Shown here piece by piece: positions 45,791 to 52,475 of a stretch of 64,000 nt of DNA. The notes under the pieces are model-generated. The model ran no database searches. It was not told the DNA's origin and was given only the letters and a program-made list of their open reading frames with translations. The position numbers were made by a program, and so were the translations under genes. The stretch's first letter is position 1, and the number at the start of each line of letters is the position of its first letter. Origin of the DNA: an uncultured Chloroflexia bacterium (GTDB lineage Bacteria > Chloroflexota > Limnocylindria > Limnocylindrales > CSP1-4); contig CAWAMB010000004.1 of NCBI GenBank assembly GCA_963783055.1, positions 40,442-104,441 on the forward strand, written 5' to 3'.

Positions 45791-45850
45791 ATTCGAACCT
45801 GCGACCTTCGGCTCCGGAGGCCGACGCTCTATCCACTGAGCTACAGGCGC
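45775..45850 (-). tRNA. tRNA-Arg (anticodon CCG)
   Basis: 76-nt cloverleaf: GCGCCTG-TA-GCTC-AGTGGATA-GAGC-G-TCGGC-CTCCGGA-GCCGA-AGGTC-GCAGG-TTCGAAT-CCTGT-CGGGCGC-G-CCA. The CCA is encoded. Confidence 0.92.
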
Positions 45851-46013
45851 GCGGACGCCGATGATACCGGCTCAGGTCCGGATGGAGCGTCGGACCGGGC
45901 GACCGCGCTCCGACGGCTCGCGCCGTTAGACGTCGCGTCGCCAACAGTCGTTCGCCGACGTGTCTTCGCGTCGCGATGTCACCTTTTGCGCCAATCTCGC
46001 CCCTTTGTCAGTG

Positions 46014-46496
46014 ATGGACAGCGCAATGGCCGTGGTCGAACCGCATGAGAGCGTCGAAGCCGTCTATCGGGCCGACGCCGAGCGGCTGTGGCGCGCGATC
46101 TACGCCTTCGCCGGCGACGCCGAGATCGCCAGCGACGCGGTGGCCGAAGCCTTCGCCCAGGTCCTCAACCGCGGGGCGGCCGTCCGTGACCCCGCTGCCT
46201 GGACCTGGCGGACCTCGTTCCGGATCGCTGCCGGCGCCCTGAAAGCACGCGGTGCGGAAGGGCAGGCGCCCGCCGCCCACGGCGACCACCTCGACCGGTA
46301 CGGCGATCCGGACCTCCTCGCAGCCCTACGCCAGCTCCCCGACGCCCAGCGCGCCGCGGTGATCCTCTTCTACTACGCCGACCTCCCGATCAGTGGCATC
46401 GCGGCGCGCCTCGGATCGAACCGCGTCGCGGTGCGCGCCAACCTGAGCCGCGGCAGGAGCCGCCTTCGCCAGCTTCTGGGTGACCACGATGAATGA
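46014..46496 (+). CDS. ECF-type sigma-70 family RNA polymerase sigma factor
   Basis: Region 2 and region 4 signatures: ..AERLWRAIYAFAGDAEIASDAVAEAF.. and ..LPDAQRAAVILFYYADLPISGIAARLGSNRVAVRANLSRGRSRL. The start could be 46014, 46011 or 45960. Confidence 0.8.
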   Translation: MDSAMAVVEPHESVEAVYRADAERLWRAIYAFAGDAEIASDAVAEAFAQVLNRGAAVRDPAAWTWRTSFRIAAGALKARGAEGQAPAAHGDHLDRYGDPDLLAALRQLPDAQRAAVILFYYADLPISGIAARLGSNRVAVRANLSRGRSRLRQLLGDHDE

Positions 46497-47886
46497 CCTT
46501 CGCACGCGGTTCGCCACGCTCGACGCCGTGCCGGTGCCCGACATCTGGAGCGAGGTCGAGCGGCGCCTCGACGCGCTCGGGACCGGCGCGCCGACGGGCC
46601 GCCTCCAAGTCGTTCGGCCCGCATGGCGAGGACCGCGAGCCGACGAAGTCGGACGCGATCGGGGAACGACGCGGAACCGGCGAACGATCGCGTTGCTGGT
46701 GGCCGCCGCGCTCACGGTCGCGCTCATCGGCGGCGCCCTCGCCGTGGGCTCAGGGTTCGTCCGTCTACCCTCCGTCGTGGCGCCCTCGCCGGACGCGACG
46801 ATCACGCAGCCACCGGCGCCGACGTCGACACCTGCCGAGCCGTCGCCAAGCCCCGTGATCTCGCCGACGCCGTCCCTGATCGCGTTCCCGACTCTGCTCC
46901 CGCAGGCTCGCGCAGTCCGGCTGACATCGGACACGGCCGGGTGGCTCGCGACAACGGACGCGATCTATCGGACCGCCGACACGGGCCGGACGTGGGCCGA
47001 GGTTCGAGAGCAGGGGTTCACGACGACATCGGTGGCCGCGTTTCTCGACGACGACACGATGTTCGTCGCGTCGGGCGGCTCGCCGGCGACGATCACCGCC
47101 ACCCACGACGGGGGCGCCTCCTGGGTCGAGGTCACGCTGGACGTCGGGCCGATCAGCGGCGGGCCGGTCTTCTCGTTCCGGACCTCGCTCGTCGGGTTCG
47201 CGACGTTCTACGACCCGGCCGGCACGGCCCCGATCCGCGTCTACGGAACGGTGGACGGCGGGGCCACCTGGACGGGGCCGAAGAACGGCGACGTGCCGCC
47301 GATGGCGGGCAGCTTCGACAAGCTCAGCGACTCACGCGGCGGGTTCCTCTGGCAGAGCGCCGGGAAGTTCGACGGCCAGCCGTTCGACGATCGGTTCTTC
47401 CTGTCGGCCGATGGCGGCGCGGCATGGACGCAGCACCGCTTCCCGACCGGGCCGCTCGGCTCACGGAACACGCTGAAGACCATCGTGGACGTCGTCCAGG
47501 ACGATGGCGGTCCGATCACGATCGCCATCATGGCCGGGGGCCCCGCGTCGATCTTCGAGAGCACCGACGATCCGGCGTCGTGGCGACTGGTCCGCACCCT
47601 GCCCGACGGCGACGCGCAGCTTCTGTCCGCGCAGACCTGGGTGGTCACGAGCGGCAACGAGTTCCGATCCACGGTCGATGCCGGTGCGCATTGGCGGACC
47701 ACGGCGACCCCGATCGGCTACCGCGAACGGCCGAGCTTCGCGACGCCGGACACGGCCTGGGTGACCGTCACCTGCAATCCCGACTCGATCCTGCCCCAGG
47801 ACCGGCATTGCGATGGGACGACCAAGGAAGGCATGTTCCTGCTCACGCGCGATGGCGGCGCGACCTGGACGAGAGTCGACGAGTGA
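46489..47886 (+). CDS. single-pass membrane protein with an extracytoplasmic BNR/Ycf48-like propeller (putative anti-sigma factor)
   Basis: ATG 46489 overlaps the sigma stop (ATGA). It has a TM helix (IALLVAAALTVALIGGALAV), a Pro-rich linker and repeated DxGxxW motifs (DTGRTW, DGGASW, DGGATW, DGGAAW, DAGAHW, DGGATW). Confidence 0.7.
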   Translation: MNDLRTRFATLDAVPVPDIWSEVERRLDALGTGAPTGRLQVVRPAWRGPRADEVGRDRGTTRNRRTIALLVAAALTVALIGGALAVGSGFVRLPSVVAPSPDATITQPPAPTSTPAEPSPSPVISPTPSLIAFPTLLPQARAVRLTSDTAGWLATTDAIYRTADTGRTWAEVREQGFTTTSVAAFLDDDTMFVASGGSPATITATHDGGASWVEVTLDVGPISGGPVFSFRTSLVGFATFYDPAGTAPIRVYGTVDGGATWTGPKNGDVPPMAGSFDKLSDSRGGFLWQSAGKFDGQPFDDRFFLSADGGAAWTQHRFPTGPLGSRNTLKTIVDVVQDDGGPITIAIMAGGPASIFESTDDPASWRLVRTLPDGDAQLLSAQTWVVTSGNEFRSTVDAGAHWRTTATPIGYRERPSFATPDTAWVTVTCNPDSILPQDRHCDGTTKEGMFLLTRDGGATWTRVDE

Positions 47887-47918
47887 CGCCGACCCGTCGC
47901 ATCGTGCAAGGAGGAACC

Positions 47919-48800
47919 GTGATCCGTCGGCCGGTGTCCCTGTTGATCGCTTCGGTCCTGATCGTTGCCGCCTGCGGCGGGTCGGGGGCCTCGTCGAACC
48001 TCGATCCGATCGGTTCCGCGCCAGCGTCGGCGCCGACGGCGAGCGACACTGCGTCGCCCAGCCCTCTGGCGACCGCAAGCGCCGGCGCTCTGCCGTCGGT
48101 CGACCCGGTCCCGAGCGGCTCACAGAGCGGGCGCGTCGCCGTCGACAAGGACGGGCGGCAGCTCGCCTATGTGTGCTGGGGCGAGGGCAGCCCGACCGTG
48201 ATCCTGGAGACGGGCGGCGACAACATCGAGGAGTGGAGTGGATCGGGCGTCGTCCGCCGGCTCGCCGGCCTGACGCGCGTGTGCACGTACGATCGCGCTG
48301 GGACCGGCTCGAGTGACCCTCCGCCGTACGAGAAGCGGGACGCGGACGACGTCGTGCGCGACCTGAAGGCCCTGCTCGCAGCGGCCCACTTGGATGGGCC
48401 GTATGTGCTCGTCGGCCTGTCGTTCGGCGGGATGGTCGTGACCCACTACGCGGAAAGCGAGCCCGACCACGTCGTCGGCGTTGTCGTCCTCGACACGCCG
48501 GCGCCGTCGGCGACCTTCACGCCGGAGAGCGAACCCGAGCTCGTCTGGGATTACCCCGGCAACACCGAGCGGCTCGACGTCGTCGGCGGCTTCGAGAATC
48601 GCTTTGCCAAGGATCCCCCGAAGTTTGACCTGCCCCTGCTCATCGTCACCCCGGTTCCCGGCGAGGCGAGCGCCGCCGATGAGAGCTTCTGGCTTCAGAC
48701 CAGCCCGCAGTCCCGACAGATCGCGGTCCAATCCGGCGGAGGGGCGACGGGGCGCGCGTGCGCCAACGAGATCGCCGCGTTCGTCGAAGGCCTCGGCTGA
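47919..48800 (+). CDS. alpha/beta hydrolase lipoprotein
   Basis: GTG 47919 after an AAGGAGGA RBS. Lipobox LIVAAC. ..YVLVGLSFGGMVV.. is the nucleophile elbow. Confidence 0.8.
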   Translation: MIRRPVSLLIASVLIVAACGGSGASSNLDPIGSAPASAPTASDTASPSPLATASAGALPSVDPVPSGSQSGRVAVDKDGRQLAYVCWGEGSPTVILETGGDNIEEWSGSGVVRRLAGLTRVCTYDRAGTGSSDPPPYEKRDADDVVRDLKALLAAAHLDGPYVLVGLSFGGMVVTHYAESEPDHVVGVVVLDTPAPSATFTPESEPELVWDYPGNTERLDVVGGFENRFAKDPPKFDLPLLIVTPVPGEASAADESFWLQTSPQSRQIAVQSGGGATGRACANEIAAFVEGLG

Positions 48801-48822
48801 CGGGGCGGTCGCGGGGACCTCG

Positions 48823-49692
48823 CTACGGCCCGACCGTGACCGACGCGGTGCACGGGAACGTGCCGCCGGCCGCCCGACTCTGGGTGGCGATCGTGTAGTT
48901 GCCGTGCCCGTCCAGCATCGTGACGCTGCCGCTGAACCCGGCATCGCGCCACATTCGGGGGGCGCTCGACTTCTTCTGGCCGACGAGCTTCGGCGCGACG
49001 CACTGCTCGGGCGTTGGCGTTGGCGCCACCGTCGGACGCGGGGTCACCCTCGGCGTCGGCGCAGGCGTGCGGGCCGGAGTCGGTGCGGGCGTGGCCCTTG
49101 GGGTCCGGTTCGGGCGCGGTGTCGATTCACCGACCGTGTCGGGCGACGAGGTTCTGGTCGCGGTTGGTCGTTGGGGCTTTGGCGACGGCGTCGGGCCGGC
49201 GACCGGGTCCGGCGACGAAGCGGCCCGCGACGCGCTCGGCAGCACGGCGATCGCTCCCGGGGTCCCGGTGGCGCTATCGACCCCACCCGTCGGGCGGAAC
49301 GGACCAGCGAGCGCGAATCCGACGACCGACAGCGCGAAGATCGTGACGATCACGGCAATGGCGCCAGACCGGTCCGTCCGACGTCCGCCGGGTCCCGGGC
49401 GAGCGGCGGCGGACCCGGCCACGCCCTGAGGTCCGCCACTGACCGGCCGGCTCGGCGCACCCCGACCGGACCGGAACGCGGCGACGATCGACGCTCCTGC
49501 CGGCGAGAAGCCACAGCCTGGACACGCTCCGGAAGCCTTCGCCCAGCACCGCTGGCAGGCGTGGACGTTGCAGGACGAGCAGCGCGTCAGTCCGACGCGC
49601 CGGAGGGAGGTCGCCTCGCCGGCCACGTCCCCGCAGCGCTCGCAGTACTGGCTGTCCGCGCCCGGCGGACGGCTGGCGACCGGCCGGGTCAT
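48823..49692 (-). CDS. zinc-ribbon / TM / Pro-Thr-rich linker / PASTA-like domain protein
   Basis: ATG 49692. CERCG..CSSC..CQRC..CPGC cluster, a TM helix (AIAVIVTIFALSVVGFALAG), and a C-terminal ..CVAPKLVGQKKSSAPRMWRDAGF..VTVGP that resembles a PASTA module. Confidence 0.55.
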   Translation of the reverse strand: MTRPVASRPPGADSQYCERCGDVAGEATSLRRVGLTRCSSCNVHACQRCWAKASGACPGCGFSPAGASIVAAFRSGRGAPSRPVSGGPQGVAGSAAARPGPGGRRTDRSGAIAVIVTIFALSVVGFALAGPFRPTGGVDSATGTPGAIAVLPSASRAASSPDPVAGPTPSPKPQRPTATRTSSPDTVGESTPRPNRTPRATPAPTPARTPAPTPRVTPRPTVAPTPTPEQCVAPKLVGQKKSSAPRMWRDAGFSGSVTMLDGHGNYTIATQSRAAGGTFPCTASVTVGP

Positions 49693-50036
49693 GGGGCTCG
49701 CCGGCGCGGGCAGGGAAGCGGGAGCCCGGCATGTCGGGCTCGACCGTTCGCAAGGGTGCTTTGGCCGACCTCCCCGGGACGCCACCGAACCGAAGCACAG
49801 CGCACGGCACCACCCTACTCCACTCACCTGCCTGCGCGGGCGGTCCGGTCAGCTCCTGTGGGTCAGCTGTGGTGCCTCCGAACACCGCCTCGACCCGGAG
49901 CCAGGACCCCGGTTGCACGGAATGACCGGCGGCGACTCGAGGAAATACCGCCTGGGCCTGGTGGAACCGCGACCGAGTCGGTCTAGGGCAACGGCCGAAC
50001 GTGTGCAACGCCGGCATCGTCGTCGGTCAGCCCCGC

Positions 50037-50078
50037 GGAGAAAAAGTTCGAGGCCGGGTCCCGAAAGACCCGGCCTCG
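50037..50078 (-). terminator. intrinsic terminator (minus strand)
   Basis: An 11-12 bp stem, (C)GAGGCCGGGTC/GACCCGGCCTC(G), with a 6-nt loop, followed on the minus strand by GAACUUUUUCUCC. Confidence 0.8.
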
Positions 50079-50360
50079 ATGCTGTCCCGGTGAAAGTCCG
50101 GCGAACCGGACACCCGCCACGCGCCAAGGGCATCTATCACGTCGGCTGTACCGACTACCCTGACCCTACCTACCCATGACCTTGGTTCTGGGGCAGCTTG
50201 GCTGACAAGCAGCGCAGTCGCCATGCTACTCGTCGGCCGCTCGAAATCCAAGAGTTTTGATGCAGGTCGCGATGTAAATTCCTTAACGTTCGTTGCGCGC
50301 GCATATCGGCGGTCGGCGAAATCGCCGCCTTCGAGCGGGCCGTCGTGCGTGAATCGGGCG
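50079..50360 (-). ncRNA. candidate structured 3'UTR or sRNA downstream of ppiB (family unassigned)
   Basis: ~280 nt with lower GC and no credible ORF. It contains a UUCG-tetraloop hairpin (GUCCGG-UUCG-CCGGAC), a GUCGG-UACAG-CCGAC hairpin and a 9-bp long-range pairing (CCGCUCGAA/UUCGAGCGG). It ends at the terminator. Confidence 0.3.
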
Positions 50361-50846
50361 TCAGCCCTCGTGAATCGTGATGCCGGTGATCGCCACCGGC
50401 TCGTCCGGCAGGTCACGCGAGTTGCGCGCTGCGGACGCGATCACGTCGACCACGTCCAACCCCTTGGTGACCTGGCCGAAGATCGTGTAGTTCTTCGGCA
50501 GGCCGTAGTCAGCGTGCATGATGAAGAACTGCGACCCGTTGGTGTTCGGCCCGGAATTCGCCATGGCCAGCGTGCCCCGGTTGTAGGACCCGGTCACCGG
50601 CTCGTCCGCGAACTTGTAGCCGGGTCCGCCCGTGCCGACCCGCCCGACGTTGAGCGACGCCTTCTTGCCGTGCTCGCCGTCGCCGCCCTGGATCATGAAA
50701 CCCGGGATGACGCGGTGGAAGATCACGTCGTCGTAGAAGCCCTTCTTGGCCAGGTCGAGGAAGTTCTGGGCCGTCTTGGGCGCGTCGTTCGTGAACAGGT
50801 CGACGTCGATGTCGCCCTTCTCGGTGGCAATCGTGAGGCTGGTCAT
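50361..50846 (-). CDS. ppiB: cyclophilin-type peptidyl-prolyl cis-trans isomerase
   Basis: 161 aa: ..NFLDLAKKGFYDDVIFHRVIPGFMIQGGD..GGPGYKFADE..RGTLAMANSGPNTNGSQFFI... AGGAGA RBS. Confidence 0.9.
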   Translation of the reverse strand: MTSLTIATEKGDIDVDLFTNDAPKTAQNFLDLAKKGFYDDVIFHRVIPGFMIQGGDGEHGKKASLNVGRVGTGGPGYKFADEPVTGSYNRGTLAMANSGPNTNGSQFFIMHADYGLPKNYTIFGQVTKGLDVVDVIASAARNSRDLPDEPVAITGITIHEG

Positions 50847-50872
50847 GGACTCTCCTGACTGGTGCGACGTGG

Positions 50873-51776
50873 CTAGGGAGTGGTCGAGCTCGACGGGCCC
50901 GCCGAGCTCGCTGCGGAGGGTGGCGGTGCGGATGACGACGGACGTGGCGTCGGCTGGCCGATCGTGACCTTGGTCATCACGACCGGATCGGCCGGGCTCT
51001 CCTGACCGTTGGCCGCGGTGTAGATGGCGTCGACGACATCCATCCCGACGGTGACCGAGCCGATGATCTGGTAGGTATTGGCGCTCTCGAGGACCGCCTG
51101 ATCCTTGTCGTCGAGGACGATGAAGAACTGCGAGCCCGACGGAGTTCGGCGCCGCGGTCCGGGCCATCGCCACGGTTCCGCGGACGTATTTGGCCGTGAC
51201 GGTCTCGTCCTGGATCTCGTAGCCGGGACCGCCGCCCCCGGTGCCATCCGGGTCGCCGCCCTGGATCACGAACGGCGTTCCATCCTGGAGCGTCGCGACC
51301 CGGTGGAAGACGATCCCGTCGTAGTAGCCGCAACCGACGAGTGCAGCGAAGTTGCCGACCGCGATCGGCGACAGGTCCGCATCGAGCGTGATCTGGATCG
51401 AGCCCTTCTCGGTTTCCATCGTCACCACGGACACCATGCCGGCGGCTGCCGCGGGCGGCTGGGACGTCGGGCAATTCACGCCGCGGCCCGCGGGGGAGGC
51501 GCCGGGTGAGGAGTTGGGACGGGCGCTCGAGCCACCGCCACCGCCTCCGCCGAACTGGATCGCGCCGCCGGCGAGGGCCGCCCCGATCGCGAACACGACG
51601 ACGCCGATGACGGCGAGCCAGGCGGTTGGAATGCCGCCGCTCGACGACGACCCGCCCCTGGTCGGCCCGGCCTTCGCCCGCTGGGTCGCAATCCCGCTCG
51701 CGCGGGCGGCGCCACCCTGACGGGCCCGCTGCTTCTTGGACGAGCGCGGGCGGGGTCGGTTCGAATCGGAGCTCAA
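50873..51776 (-). CDS. membrane-anchored cyclophilin-type PPIase, apparent +1 insertion at 51135-51137
   Basis: The TTG start overlaps the hisA-like stop (TTGA), with GGAGG 7 nt upstream. It has a basic N-terminus, a TM helix (WLAVIGVVVFAIGAALAGG), a Gly run and a cyclophilin core (..FHRVATLQDGTPFVIQGGDP..TVAMARTAAPNSVG). The frame then shifts to SQFFIVLDD..IGSVTVGMDVVDAI... Confidence 0.8.
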
Positions 51777-52474
51777 GCGGCTGCCTCCAGTGCGGCGCCG
51801 AAGTCGATGGCGCCCGACATCAGGGTCTCGCCGAGGATGATGCCCGCGATCCCCGCGTCGCGCAGGCGACGGATGCCGTCGAGGTCGGTCACACCACCGG
51901 CGACGAGGACGTCGATGTCGGCACGGGCGGCGAGCGGGCCGAGGACGGCGAGGTCCGGGGCATGGCCGCCGTGGGCCAGCACGAACCGGCTGACACCACG
52001 CTCGGCGAGCTCGGCGACGACGCCGGCGAGGGTCGGCGACCCGGTCCGCTGCCACGGAAACGCGGACAGCCGCTCGGGTCGTGGGTCCAGCCCGACTGCG
52101 AGCCATGCCCCGGCCACCTCGAGTCCGGCCGCGAGCGCTTCCGGATCGTCGGCAATGGCCATCGAGGTCACGACCCGCGTCGCGCCGGCCGCGAAGGCGA
52201 GCCGGATCCCGTCGGCGCTGTCGACGCCGCCGGCGACCTGGATCGGGATGGCGATCCGGGACGCGATCGTCCCGACGGCCTCCAGATTGCCGGGCACGCC
52301 GGTCCGTGCCCCGTCGAAGTCGACCAGGTGGATCAACCGGGCGCCACGCTCGACGAAGCTCTCCGCGATCCGGTCCGGCCGGTCCGTTGGCGCGCCGACG
52401 CCGGTCGAGGCGCCGGGCCAGAAGACGACGCGGGATCGGCCGCGATCGAGGTCGATCGAAGGGATGACCTGCAC
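51773..52474 (-). CDS. HisA/HisF-family (beta/alpha)8-barrel protein
   Basis: MQVIPSIDLDRGRSRVV..LIHLVDFDGARTG..IPIQVAGGV..VLVAGGVTDLDGIRRL..GIILGETL. No other his genes are nearby. Confidence 0.75.
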   Translation of the reverse strand: MQVIPSIDLDRGRSRVVFWPGASTGVGAPTDRPDRIAESFVERGARLIHLVDFDGARTGVPGNLEAVGTIASRIAIPIQVAGGVDSADGIRLAFAAGATRVVTSMAIADDPEALAAGLEVAGAWLAVGLDPRPERLSAFPWQRTGSPTLAGVVAELAERGVSRFVLAHGGHAPDLAVLGPLAARADIDVLVAGGVTDLDGIRRLRDAGIAGIILGETLMSGAIDFGAALEAAA

Positions 52475-52475
52475 G

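Noticed and set aside
45657-45839. 60-aa ORF with a GGAG RBS and GTG start (VLHAIYDRITLAGPEILGVRLT..).
   Set aside because: It runs straight through the tRNA-Arg gene on the opposite strand. Its conserved peptide AGPEI(L/V)GVRLT reflects the DNA flank repeat also seen at 38854-38888 rather than a protein family.
49959-50034. 76-nt minus-strand segment beginning GGGGCTGA and ending GGTTCCACCA. This gave a tRNA- or tmRNA-like impression: a 7-bp acceptor pairing with a G3-U wobble, discriminator A and CCA.
   Set aside because: No D-arm or anticodon arm can be drawn, there is no 7-nt TTCGA-type T-loop, and three of the seven acceptor pairs are G-U. It is too short for tmRNA and no tag ORF is present. 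I treat it as a chance match.
50089-50101. GGTGAAAGTCCGG on the plus strand, reminiscent of the RNase P P4 strand (GAGGAAAGTCCGG) or the cobalamin-riboswitch GGTGAAA.TCC core.
   Set aside because: The other conserved blocks of RNase P (e.g. ACAGAA.CCGGCTTA) and of the B12 box are absent. No plus-strand gene lies downstream, and the terminator orientation indicates minus-strand transcription.
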